Shown here: positions 1 through 9,325 of the stretch, in pieces
Numbering within the stretch: the first letter of the stretch is position 1
How the letters are laid out: every line of letters begins with the position of its first letter
From: Elusimicrobiaceae bacterium
Lineage (GTDB): Bacteria > Elusimicrobiota > Elusimicrobia > Elusimicrobiales > Elusimicrobiaceae
Length of the DNA: 64,000 nucleotides
Reading direction: 5' to 3'
Assembly (NCBI GenBank): GCA_017646765.1
Contig: JAGCMD010000074.1
Span: forward strand, 5,627 to 69,626
Made by a program: the position numbers and the translations under genes
Notes under the pieces: generated by a model
Database searches by the model: none
Told to the model about the DNA's origin: nothing
What the model saw: the letters and a program-made list of their open reading frames with translations, nothing else

Positions 1-82
1 ACCAACTACTGCAATTACCAGTTTCTTCATTGACATCTCCTTTTGTTAATATAGACGGCGGGGTTCTTTACCGTCTTTTACT

Positions 83-1276
83 TCAAATCTGCGGAGGGAG
101 CGGACCAACATCCCCGTTTTCCGCTGCCCGGTAGGGCGTTTTGATAAGCGATTTGGCTAAATCGTCAAAGCCCCATTTATCCTTAAAGGATAATACATAT
201 TTATACTGTTGTAAAGCTTTTTCGCGCTGTCCGAGCACATCATACACTTGCCCTAAACGCAGCTCGTTCCATACACCCCAGCGGCTGGGCTCTTGCGCGG
301 CAACGGCTTTTTTGCCTTGTTCAAAAAGTTTCCGCGCTTGTTCAAAATTTCCTTGCGCCATTTGTACCGTGCCCAGTGCGGTATACGCACGGGAAATATA
401 AATATCTTTGTAGAATTTGCTTTGACCGATTTGGTCTAAAAAGAATTGCGCTTGCGCGGTTACTTCGTCGTAATTTTTCGTTTCGTACAGACAGATGACT
501 TCTACATAATGCATGAGCGGATTGGTGGGATATTTCGCACGCAACTGGCGGATAAACTCCAGCGACTTTTGCGGGTTATAGTATTTACTGCCGCGCGTGT
601 TCTGCACTTCAATTAAAATCAACTTGGCACTATCGGACGTAAAAGTGGCCTTTTCGCGCGCCAAATTAAGTTGTTTTACACCTTCTGCCGGGTCGCCTTT
701 AATAGCTACGATTTTAGCCAAAATTTTAATGACGCTGGGCAACGTGCCGGTAAAATACTGATAAATACCAAGCCCGAAAAAAGCATCATAATACGAAGGG
801 TCTATTTTTAACGACTTCTCCAAATTACTAATGGCTTTCCGCCCGGAGAAATACGCCGTTATCCAACTGCGGTTACGCATAGAAAACATCGCCCGCAACC
901 CGTACAACGCACCTATTCCCATATAACCGTTTGGGTCGTTGGGGTGTACTTTTATCCAACGCTTAATGCCGTCAATAGAATCATTTAAAATTTGTTCAAA
1001 AACTGCGCGTTGCTTGTCGTCACTCGTTTCAAATTCATATTCATAGCGGCTCCACGCAATCATCGCATTGCCAAAATGAGCAAACGGATGATCGGGATAT
1101 ACGGCAAAAACGCGTTGAATATTTTGCTGTGCAGTAGAATAATCTAAACTATACACGCCGTTGATGCCTTCTTTGGCCCACGCCATTACATCCGGCGGAA
1201 GTTTAATTTCCGCCCGGGCCGGAAAAGCAACTAACGCCACACAAATAACAGCGATTAGTTTTTTACACACGCGCAT
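83..1276 (-). CDS. Secreted TPR-repeat protein
   Basis: 397 aa ORF with N-terminal signal peptide and several TPR-like helical repeats (e.g. AYFSGRKAISNLEKSLKIDPSYYDAFFGLG); start overlaps the serS stop by 1 nt. Confidence 0.75.
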   Translation of the reverse strand: MRVCKKLIAVICVALVAFPARAEIKLPPDVMAWAKEGINGVYSLDYSTAQQNIQRVFAVYPDHPFAHFGNAMIAWSRYEYEFETSDDKQRAVFEQILNDSIDGIKRWIKVHPNDPNGYMGIGALYGLRAMFSMRNRSWITAYFSGRKAISNLEKSLKIDPSYYDAFFGLGIYQYFTGTLPSVIKILAKIVAIKGDPAEGVKQLNLAREKATFTSDSAKLILIEVQNTRGSKYYNPQKSLEFIRQLRAKYPTNPLMHYVEVICLYETKNYDEVTAQAQFFLDQIGQSKFYKDIYISRAYTALGTVQMAQGNFEQARKLFEQGKKAVAAQEPSRWGVWNELRLGQVYDVLGQREKALQQYKYVLSFKDKWGFDDLAKSLIKTPYRAAENGDVGPLPPQI

Positions 1277-2565
1277 TATTTTTTAGCCTCAATTTTATCT
1301 TTACCAAAATACGGACGCAAGGCTTTAGGAATAATCACAGAACCGTCTGCTTGTTGGAAGTTTTCTAAGATAGCCGCAAACGTGCGGCCCACGGCCAAAC
1401 CGCTGCCGTTTAACGTATGTAAGTATTCCTGTTTGCCAAGTGTATTTTTGTAGCGTAACCCCATCCGGCGGGCCTGAAAATCTAAACAGTTGGAGCAGGA
1501 AGAAATCTCGCGGAATTTATTTTCGCTGGGCATCCAAACTTCAATATCATACGTTTTAGCCGACGAAAAACCAATGTCTCCGCTACACAGTTCTACTATG
1601 TGATATGGAATTTCCAACGCTTTTAACACGTCTTGCGCATCAGACACCATTTGCTCCAACATGTCGTTGGAATTTTCCGGCTTGGAAAGCATTACCAGTT
1701 CCACTTTATCAAACTGGTGATTGCGAATTAAACCGCGCGTGTCTTTGCCGTACGTGCCCGACTCCTTGCGGAAACACGGCGAATAGGCGGTTAGTTTAAT
1801 CGGCAATTCTTCTTCCGGCACGACGCGGATGCGGTTTAGGTTGGTAAGCGGAATTTCCGCCGTGGAAATTAAAAATTGTTTCGGCTCGCCGGTCAATTCA
1901 TACATATCTTCGCGGAATTTAGGCAACTGCCCGGTACCGATTAAAATATCTTCGTTTACAATTACAGGCGGCAAAATTTCCGTGTATCCTTTTTTAGCGT
2001 GCATATCTAACATAAACGAAATAATCGCACGTTCCAGCCGCGCGCCTTCGCCTTTAAAAAGCGCAAAGCGGCTGCCGGACAAGGCCGCGGCGGCTTCAAA
2101 ATCTAAAATGCCCAATTTTTCGCCGACGGATTGGTGGTCCAGCGGTTTAAAATCAAACTGAGGCAGCGGCAACGAACACGGGATATATTCCGGGTTGTCT
2201 GCATCCGAAACGCCGACGGGGATTTTCTCGTTAGGTATATTGGGGATGGATAACAACAAATCGGTTACTTCTTTTTTAAGCGGCTCAAGTTCGCTTTCTT
2301 TGGCGGCCATTTCTTCTTTAATTTTACCTACTTCGGCCATCGCCGCTTTGGCAGCCTCGTCGCCTTGTTCTTTTTTAATTTTACCGATAGATTTAGACAT
2401 TTCATTGCGCTTGGCGCGCAATTCTTCCACTTTAGCTAAAACCGTTTTGTAGGCGGTATATTTGGTTAACACTTCCTCAATCTGCCCGGCAAGTTCCGGT
2501 TTGCGTAACGACAAACGTTTTTTAAATTCTTCGGGATTTTCAACAATTTTTTTAATGTCTAACAT
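1276..2565 (-). CDS. serS: Serine--tRNA ligase
   Basis: N-terminal coiled-coil arm; class II motifs FRKESGTYGKDTRGLIRNHQFDKVE, EISSCSNC and TLNGSGLAVGRT. Confidence 0.98.
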   Translation of the reverse strand: MLDIKKIVENPEEFKKRLSLRKPELAGQIEEVLTKYTAYKTVLAKVEELRAKRNEMSKSIGKIKKEQGDEAAKAAMAEVGKIKEEMAAKESELEPLKKEVTDLLLSIPNIPNEKIPVGVSDADNPEYIPCSLPLPQFDFKPLDHQSVGEKLGILDFEAAAALSGSRFALFKGEGARLERAIISFMLDMHAKKGYTEILPPVIVNEDILIGTGQLPKFREDMYELTGEPKQFLISTAEIPLTNLNRIRVVPEEELPIKLTAYSPCFRKESGTYGKDTRGLIRNHQFDKVELVMLSKPENSNDMLEQMVSDAQDVLKALEIPYHIVELCSGDIGFSSAKTYDIEVWMPSENKFREISSCSNCLDFQARRMGLRYKNTLGKQEYLHTLNGSGLAVGRTFAAILENFQQADGSVIIPKALRPYFGKDKIEAKK

Positions 2566-2581
2566 ACTATCCTCTTTAAGT

Positions 2582-2830
2582 TTAATCTTCTACCTGAATC
2601 AAATAGGGCTCGGGGAACAAATGGCGGTAGGGCTTAAAAGTAGCTACGGCATATTCCATCCCATAGGAAGTTAACAACCGCACACTGACCGGCGCCACCG
2701 AGCTTTGCCCCGCCACTAACACGCCCACCGTTAAAACAAAAAGAACTACCGCCAATTTTACCGCGGAAAAAAATACCTGCACTACAAAACGGCTTGCTTG
2801 CCAAGCCAACGATGATTTTGGAGGGGTCAT
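2582..2830 (-). CDS. Small membrane protein of unknown function
   Basis: 82 aa ORF with one hydrophobic segment; 4 nt overlap with the upstream lipoprotein stop; fills the gap before serS. Confidence 0.5.
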   Translation of the reverse strand: MTPPKSSLAWQASRFVVQVFFSAVKLAVVLFVLTVGVLVAGQSSVAPVSVRLLTSYGMEYAVATFKPYRHLFPEPYLIQVED

Positions 2831-3507
2831 TTTGTTTGCTGCCGTTTGGCGAGCTCCTTTTTAAAACTTTTTACCAGTTTATATGCAATACGGTCCGCGC
2901 TATCTAACGTGCTGGAAGAAGTATCATCTGCCGAACCAATCCATATAATTTCAGCCGTTTCCACATCCACCATTTTGGCAATCAACGCTACCCGCCCGCG
3001 AATGGTATATTCCGTCGGGCGAACTTCCGCCGTGCGGGAAACCTCCGTGCCCACATTGCGAATTACCCCCGCGTAAGAGCCGTCCGGCAAGCGCACTGTG
3101 TCTTGCGCATATACCGGTTTAGCTTGCGTTTTGCGCGAAGCGGTAAGTGTCAACTCGGTTCGTTCCGGCGTATAGGCGCTGACTTCGCCTATCAAAAGCA
3201 CATCCACTCCCAAAATTCGTCCGATTTCGCGGGTGGTTTGCGGGGATAAATAGCCGGATACCGCTATATTATGTTCGTTCAAAACACTTTCCAGCCGCGC
3301 ACGTTCCACGACCCGAAAACCACTGTTAAGCAAGTATTTAGCAAACAAATTTTCCACCCCTTGCATTTCCTGCCACGGGCTGTTAAACGCCATGATGCCG
3401 ATACGTTCCATATTGTCAAAATTGTAGGTTTGGCTAATGACTGTTTTGGGAGTACACCCTGCCAAAATAAACAAACCGGCTGCTAAAAAACTTGTGATTT
3501 TCTTCAT
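2827..3507 (-). CDS. CsgG/HfaB-like lipoprotein
   Basis: Likely start MKKITS at 3507; lipobox LAGC; CsgG-like motifs FRVVERARLESVLNE, GRILGVDVLLIG and KMVDVETAEIIW. Confidence 0.7.
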   Translation of the reverse strand: MKKITSFLAAGLFILAGCTPKTVISQTYNFDNMERIGIMAFNSPWQEMQGVENLFAKYLLNSGFRVVERARLESVLNEHNIAVSGYLSPQTTREIGRILGVDVLLIGEVSAYTPERTELTLTASRKTQAKPVYAQDTVRLPDGSYAGVIRNVGTEVSRTAEVRPTEYTIRGRVALIAKMVDVETAEIIWIGSADDTSSSTLDSADRIAYKLVKSFKKELAKRQQTK

Positions 3508-3686
3508 ATGTTTATTATATAATTTTTGGACACAGAAGAAGAGCCAAACCGCATGACGCAATAAAATTTTGTTCCTTTTTACCCAACAAGCCAACTTTTA
3601 AAGGCTTTTGTACCCCCGCGGCAACTGCCTATTGTAAAAGAACTGTAAAATTTTTAAAATATTAAGAGAGGTATATATAAAAAGTT

Positions 3687-4307
3687 ATGAAAAAATTATT
3701 ACTACTTGTTGTTTTATTTGCGGCCGCACCCGTTTTTGCGCAAGATTATTACGGTTTGCAAGAATACGGCCTTCGCAAAAACACGACCCGGGGGGAGGGG
3801 TACGGCGGCGTGGTTTTGCCCGGCAATAACTGGAACAAAAACGGTTACGATTTAGGCGGCACCGGTTGGACAGCCGGCCTGGGTTTTACCCGCAACCTCG
3901 TGCCTTTCTTCGGGCTTGGTTTGGACGGGAACTACGCGCAACTGGGTGACGGTGAAAAAGACAGCTCCGGCAATTATTACCGTACCGGCGTAATAACCGG
4001 GCTTGTGACCGGGCGCTTTAGCTTTTTCCCCTCGCAAGCGACTCGTCCTTACATCCCGTTTGGTTTAGGGTTAGGACACACCTTTGTACGCCAAAAATTA
4101 AATGACGGCGGACATGTAACCACCGACGGAACCGATATGGCCGGGATGTTGGGCGCCGGGTTAGAATTTGACCTGGATGACAACCTCATTTTTGGGGTAG
4201 AAGGCCGTTACTACCGGATTGAAACCGCCAGCAAAGTAAAAGAAGCTTTTGGCAAAGGGCATTACAACCATTATTCCGTTATGTTAAAAATGGGTTGCCG
4301 TTTCTAA
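3687..4307 (+). CDS. Small outer-membrane beta-barrel protein (OmpW/Ail-like)
   Basis: Signal peptide, alternating beta-strand pattern, C-terminal Phe (MLKMGCRF); upstream TTGTAA-N17-TAAAAT at 3632-3660. Confidence 0.75.
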   Translation: MKKLLLLVVLFAAAPVFAQDYYGLQEYGLRKNTTRGEGYGGVVLPGNNWNKNGYDLGGTGWTAGLGFTRNLVPFFGLGLDGNYAQLGDGEKDSSGNYYRTGVITGLVTGRFSFFPSQATRPYIPFGLGLGHTFVRQKLNDGGHVTTDGTDMAGMLGAGLEFDLDDNLIFGVEGRYYRIETASKVKEAFGKGHYNHYSVMLKMGCRF

Positions 4308-4319
4308 AGTAATTTAGTT

Positions 4320-4350
4320 AAATCCGCCGCCCGCAAGCGGCGGATTTTTT
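4320..4350 (+). terminator. Intrinsic terminator-like hairpin
   Basis: AAATCCGCCGC-ccgcaa-GCGGCGGATTT followed by T run. Confidence 0.7.
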
Positions 4351-4362
4351 ATAAGGAAAAAC

Positions 4363-4992
4363 ATGCAAGAATTTTTGATTAAAATTGTTATCTCTCTTGT
4401 ATTGGGCGGAGCCCTGGGTATGGAACGCCAATATCACGACAAGCCCGCCGGATATGCAACCAACTGTTTAATCTGTTTGGGTGCTATGTTGTTTACGGTT
4501 TTATCCGAATATATGGGCAATGCCGGAGGAGACCCCGGACGTATCGCCGCTCAAGTAGTTACCGGGGTGGGCTTTATCGGCGCCGGGTCTATTTTGCGCG
4601 ACGGAAATAAAATTTCCGGTTTAACCACCGCCGCTAATGTGTGGGCAGTAGCCGCTATCGGTATGGCAATTGGATATAACCAACTTTTCCTTGCCACCAC
4701 CACTACGGTTGCTATTTTGCTATTGCAGCTGTTTATGCGTCAAACCATCCATGTAATGGAACTTTTGAAACGTTACGACTCCATTTTTCTCGTATGCGAT
4801 CCAAGTTGGGATATCGTAGAAAAAATTTCTAAACAAATTGAAAAACAACATGTAACTATTTTAAAACAAGAAGTTACCAAACAAGATAATAAATTTCACG
4901 TAAACCTGGTAGCCACCTTTACCGGGCGTGAATTTCAAAAAATTACCAAAGAACTTTTGGAAATGCCGGAAGTTTATAGTTTATACAAATAG
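4363..4992 (+). CDS. MgtC/SapB family membrane protein
   Basis: LGMERQ..KPAG..T, DPGRIAAQVVTGVGFIGAG and GLTTAANVWAVAAIGMAIG motifs. Confidence 0.9.
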   Translation: MQEFLIKIVISLVLGGALGMERQYHDKPAGYATNCLICLGAMLFTVLSEYMGNAGGDPGRIAAQVVTGVGFIGAGSILRDGNKISGLTTAANVWAVAAIGMAIGYNQLFLATTTTVAILLLQLFMRQTIHVMELLKRYDSIFLVCDPSWDIVEKISKQIEKQHVTILKQEVTKQDNKFHVNLVATFTGREFQKITKELLEMPEVYSLYK

Positions 4993-5000
4993 GAGATTTT

Positions 5001-6128
5001 ATGACGGACAACACCCTTATTCCGCTGTTTAACCTTAAGGAACAGCACGACAGTTTAAAAGAACAAATCAACCAAGCTGCCGCCGAAGCGCTTAATTCTA
5101 TGCATTGGCTTTTAGGTCCGCAAACCGAAAAATTTGAAGAAGAATTCGCCAAAACCATCGGCGTCAAACATTGTATTACTTGCTCGTCGGGCGCCAGTGC
5201 TATTCAAATTGCTTTAAAAGCCGCCGGCATCGGCCCGGGAGACGAAGTAATTACTACGCCGTTTACTTTTATTGCCACCACATCTTCAGTCTCTTTGACC
5301 GGCGCTAAATTTGTATTTGCCGATATTGATCCGCGCACCTACAATTTGGATGTTACCGACGCGGAACGCAAAATCACCAAAAAAACAAAAGCTATTTTGC
5401 CCGTCCACCTTTACGGTTATCCCGCCGATATGAACGCTATTATGCACTTGGCTAACGAGCACGGCTTAAAAGTAATTGAAGATTGCGCCCAAGCCCACTT
5501 GGCTTCTTGCGGCGGAGTGATGGTAGGCGGCATCGGCGACGCCGGTTGCTTTAGCTTTTATCCGAGCAAGAATTTGGGCGCGTGCGGGGACGCCGGCTGT
5601 ATTACTACCAATGATGATGATATTGCCAATCGTTGCCGCTCGTTACGCCACAGCGGCCGCGCTATGGGCAAAGCCTATGAATACGACTTGGAAGGCTCTA
5701 CTTTACGTATGGACGAAGTTCAAGCCGCTATTTTGCGCGTGAAATTGCCGCACTTGGAAGAGTGGACGGAAAAACGCCGCAAAGCTGCCGCTTGGTATGA
5801 AGAAGGATTATCCGGCGTGCCGGTGGTTTTACCCCCCACCCCGCCGGCCGGCTCCTCCCAATCGTATTATGTGTTCACTATCCGCGCCGAAAAACGCGAC
5901 GAATTGCAAGCGTATTTAAAAGAACACAATATCGGCTCGGCCGTTTACTACCCGGTACCGCTTTACAAGCAACCGGCGTACGCGCATTTAAAATTAAAAG
6001 CAGCCGACTATCCCAACGCCGAAAAAGCGGCGCAAGAAGTGTTATCTATCCCTATGTTCCCGGAAATTACACAGGAACAAGTAACCCGGGTATGTGACAC
6101 GATCCGCGCCTTCTACGAAGAAAGATAA
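5001..6128 (+). CDS. DegT/DnrJ/EryC1/StrS family PLP aminotransferase
   Basis: IEDCAQAH and FSFYPSKNLGACGDAG (PLP lysine) motifs. Confidence 0.93.
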   Translation: MTDNTLIPLFNLKEQHDSLKEQINQAAAEALNSMHWLLGPQTEKFEEEFAKTIGVKHCITCSSGASAIQIALKAAGIGPGDEVITTPFTFIATTSSVSLTGAKFVFADIDPRTYNLDVTDAERKITKKTKAILPVHLYGYPADMNAIMHLANEHGLKVIEDCAQAHLASCGGVMVGGIGDAGCFSFYPSKNLGACGDAGCITTNDDDIANRCRSLRHSGRAMGKAYEYDLEGSTLRMDEVQAAILRVKLPHLEEWTEKRRKAAAWYEEGLSGVPVVLPPTPPAGSSQSYYVFTIRAEKRDELQAYLKEHNIGSAVYYPVPLYKQPAYAHLKLKAADYPNAEKAAQEVLSIPMFPEITQEQVTRVCDTIRAFYEER

Positions 6129-6149
6129 AAACGACGGGTGGTAACTTTT

Positions 6150-6532
6150 ATTTGCACACGAAACCTAAAACACAACGTTTTAGGTTTCGTTGCTTACAGA
6201 GGCAATCCTAAATTAAGTTTAAGATGACGCTCTTTTTTTGCGAGCTTGTGCGTACTTATAGAAGATAACAACTGCTGTTTAATTACAACATCTTATTTTT
6301 AAGGTGGCCTGCTTCCCCAAGACTAACTTTGCGTAAGTTTATATGATTTTTCAAAATCGCTTTTAGTTTGCGGGGCAAGTTGCCCGCATAGGCGTAGCGG
6401 TAGCTACGTCAAGGGCAAGGCACCGCAAAATAAACAGATTTTGGAAAATTGTATATCAGTAGCAAGTAACAAGGGCGCAAACGTAATGTTTGCACCCTTG
6501 TACGCGTTTATAGAAGATACCAACAGCCGTTA
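6150..6532. repeat. Mosaic of palindromic REP-like units between convergent genes
   Basis: Hairpin ACGAAACCTAAAA/TTTTAGGTTTCGT (6158-6190); long hairpin 6338-6457; hairpin 6468-6501; 36 bp direct repeat 6245-6280 vs 6497-6532 (28/36 identical). Confidence 0.75.
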
Positions 6533-7429
6533 TAACATTTTATTTTTCAAACGGCTGGCGATATTATCCAGCTCATCCAACGAGTGATAATGAATGACCA
6601 GCGTACCTTTCTTCATATTCTTGCCGTATTTCACTTCTACTTTGGTGCCCAGGGCAACTTGTAGGTCGTTTTCAAAACTTGCTACTTCCGTCGGTTTAGC
6701 CCCTTTAGCAGCCTTTTTGGAAGGCGCCATCAACGCGCGGGCGGCATCTTCGGCTTGCCGTACCGACATTTTGCTGTTTTTTAATTTCTTAAAAAGTTGC
6801 TCCCGTTTGGCCGGGTCCGACACCATTAAAAGCGCGCGGCCGTGCCCTTCGGTAAGCGTGCCTTCCTGCAGCGCATCTTGGATATGCGGTTCTAATTCAA
6901 GCAAGCGAAGCGCGTTGGAAATAGCCGCTTTGGACTTGCCGCAATAAGACGCTAAATCCGTCTGCGTGATATAAAACTTATTCATTAAATTGCGGTACCC
7001 GAGCGCGGTTTCTATGGGGTTTAAATCTTCGCGTTGGATGTTCTCAATTAACGCCAACGCGCACATTTCTTGGTCGCCCAAATGTTTGTGGACAATGGCA
7101 TCAATTTCCGTTAAGCCGGCAAGTTGCGTGGCGCGAAAACGCCGTTCTCCGACGACAATTTCGTATTTATCCAGCCCGGCATCATACACTACGACTATCG
7201 GTTGAGTCAACCCATGCTCTTTAATAGATTGCGCTAATTCTTGCAATTTTTCCTCGTCAAAAACGCGGCGCGGCTGAAAACGGTTGGGTACAATTTTGCT
7301 TACCGCAATACGGGAAACGACCGTCCCCGTCGGTGCGGCGGCCGTAACCTCCTGCGTTGTCATATTGGAAATTTCTTGCGTTTGTTTAATCAGGGCATCT
7401 AACCCTCTTCCTAAAGCCTGTCTAACCAT
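6530..7429 (-). CDS. parB: Chromosome partitioning CTPase ParB
   Basis: N-terminal LGRGLDALI peptide, PNRFQPR, GERRFRA CTPase motif, HTH domain, C-terminal dimerisation domain. Confidence 0.96.
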   Translation of the reverse strand: MVRQALGRGLDALIKQTQEISNMTTQEVTAAAPTGTVVSRIAVSKIVPNRFQPRRVFDEEKLQELAQSIKEHGLTQPIVVVYDAGLDKYEIVVGERRFRATQLAGLTEIDAIVHKHLGDQEMCALALIENIQREDLNPIETALGYRNLMNKFYITQTDLASYCGKSKAAISNALRLLELEPHIQDALQEGTLTEGHGRALLMVSDPAKREQLFKKLKNSKMSVRQAEDAARALMAPSKKAAKGAKPTEVASFENDLQVALGTKVEVKYGKNMKKGTLVIHYHSLDELDNIASRLKNKML

Positions 7430-7430
7430 A

Positions 7431-8264
7431 TCAGCCTCCGAAATCGTAATTAACGGCGCGTTCGCCGGTCATTTGGAAATTATGATAATCTTCTACATTA
7501 GCTCCGCGGCGGCCCAAAAATTCTATAGCCAGTTGCATATAGGCGTTGGCTCCGCGGCAAGCCGGGTCGTAATCAAAAATAGATTGCCCGAAGCTCGGCG
7601 CTTCGGCTAAACGGATATTACGCGGAATCGGCGTTTTATATACTTGATCACCGAAAAAGCGGCTTACTTCACCCAATACCTGTTTGGATAAATTCATGCG
7701 GGAGTCAAACATAGTAAGCACGCCGCCGTCCATCTTTAATTGGGGATGTAGAAATTGTTTTATTTTGGCTACCGTGCTGATAAAATGAGCTAATCCTTCC
7801 ATGGCATAGTATTCGCACTGGACCGGGGTAATAACGCTGTCGGCAGCCATCATAGCGTTTAAGGTAAGCAACCCCAAAGAAGGCGGACAATCTATAATAA
7901 TGTACTTATACATAGCGCGTAGCGGCTCTAACACTTCTTTTAACATATTCTCGCGGCCGCGTACATTAACAAGTTCTGTTTCCGCGCCCGCTAAATTTTT
8001 ACAGGCCGGGATAACATCTAAAAACTCATTGGAAGTCTGGCGGATCACTTGCCCGAAGGCGGCGGCTTTTATCAAAAAATGATAAACAGATTTTCCCCCC
8101 TCTTCCACGGTCACGCCTAAGCCGGAGCCGGCATTTCCCTGCGGGTCAAAATCAATTAGCAACACTTCTTGGTTTAAGCAAGCCAGCGCGTATGACAAAT
8201 TGATAGAAGTAGTTGTCTTTCCTACGCCGCCTTTTTGGTTAGCAACCACTACAATTTCTCCCAT
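7431..8264 (-). CDS. parA: Chromosome partitioning ATPase ParA/Soj
   Basis: Deviant Walker A KGGVGKTT, DFDPQGNA, IDCPPSLG, IPRNIRLAEAPSFG. Confidence 0.96.
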   Translation of the reverse strand: MGEIVVVANQKGGVGKTTTSINLSYALACLNQEVLLIDFDPQGNAGSGLGVTVEEGGKSVYHFLIKAAAFGQVIRQTSNEFLDVIPACKNLAGAETELVNVRGRENMLKEVLEPLRAMYKYIIIDCPPSLGLLTLNAMMAADSVITPVQCEYYAMEGLAHFISTVAKIKQFLHPQLKMDGGVLTMFDSRMNLSKQVLGEVSRFFGDQVYKTPIPRNIRLAEAPSFGQSIFDYDPACRGANAYMQLAIEFLGRRGANVEDYHNFQMTGERAVNYDFGG

Positions 8265-8323
8265 AATTCCTCCGAACTAAAGTATATATTTATTAAACAT
8301 TATTTAATATAAAAAATCAATGT

Positions 8324-8339
8324 GTTTTCACGTGAAAAT
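8324..8339. promoter_or_regulatory. Candidate parS site 1 (variant)
   Basis: GTTTTCACGTGAAAAT, 14 bp perfect core palindrome, just upstream of parA. Confidence 0.7.
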
Positions 8340-9310
8340 TATTTGACCGTTCCCATACGGCTCGGCGGCCAGTGAATTATCCACGCTTTACCTTTGATGT
8401 TTTTTTCCGGCACCGGACCCCAAAATCGGGAATCGCACGAATTATCCCGGTTATCCCCCATCGCAAAATAAGTTTTCTCCGGTACCGTAACCGGGCCAAA
8501 TTGGTCGCGCAGAAACATCCCCAATACGTGTTCCAATTCATGCTTTTCCCATAATTGTTGGTAATTGTCTGCCAGTACTTCCGGAACCTCTTTTTTATCA
8601 TAATGAGCACGTTGTACATCATCAAATTTTTCGTAAGGTTGCAATGGGGCTAATTCTCCGTTTACATAGGCCCGGGAATCTTTTACTTCCACCGTATCAC
8701 CGGGCAAGGCAATTACGCGCTTAACAAAATCACGCTTATATTGGCTGCCGCCGCAATTTTGTTGTTCGCGGGATTCAGCCGGGAATTCAAATATAATAAT
8801 ATCCCCCCGCTTAATGGGTTTAGCCCAAAGGCGCTTTTGTGTAAAAGGAATTTTTAAACCGTAGGCCATTTTATTTACAAACAAGTGGTCGCCTTCCAAA
8901 AGAGTATCCCGCATAGAGGCGGAGGGAATTTTGAAAGCCTGTAGAAAGAAAAACATAACAATAGAAGCCACAAATCCGGCAAAATAAACGGTATTACACC
9001 ACTCTAAAGCTGCTTTGATAAGCGGTTTTTGTCCTTCCTCATTTAAAGAGCGGTTTTTAAAGAAACTATATATAGTATACCCTAATATAGCCGCAGAGCC
9101 CAGTATAAATTTACCATAGGGGAAATCTCCCCCCGGCCCGCCGCTCATCACAAATAAAATTAAGTATAAGGCGGTATTTAGAATAAGTAGCAAATAAGCC
9201 GAGTGCCAATAGACAAAATGGGGCGCAAAATTTTTCTTATCCATTAGATAGCGGCTTATCTTATAAAAGACATACATAATACACGCTATGATAAACAATC
9301 GTAATTCCAT
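8339..9310 (-). CDS. lepB: Signal peptidase I with extended N-terminal membrane domain
   Basis: IPSASM catalytic Ser, DFVKRV catalytic Lys, MGDNRDNSCDSRFWG box. Confidence 0.93.
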   Translation of the reverse strand: MELRLFIIACIMYVFYKISRYLMDKKNFAPHFVYWHSAYLLLILNTALYLILFVMSGGPGGDFPYGKFILGSAAILGYTIYSFFKNRSLNEEGQKPLIKAALEWCNTVYFAGFVASIVMFFFLQAFKIPSASMRDTLLEGDHLFVNKMAYGLKIPFTQKRLWAKPIKRGDIIIFEFPAESREQQNCGGSQYKRDFVKRVIALPGDTVEVKDSRAYVNGELAPLQPYEKFDDVQRAHYDKKEVPEVLADNYQQLWEKHELEHVLGMFLRDQFGPVTVPEKTYFAMGDNRDNSCDSRFWGPVPEKNIKGKAWIIHWPPSRMGTVK

Positions 9311-9325
9311 ATATTCTCCTTTAGA

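Noticed and set aside
4363-4992. Functional link between MgtC and the F1Fo operon (as in Salmonella)
   Set aside because: The genes are 19 kb apart and nothing in the sequence connects them.
6245-6532. 36 bp direct repeats as a CRISPR remnant
   Set aside because: Only two copies, 8 mismatches, a 216 nt spacer and no cas genes.
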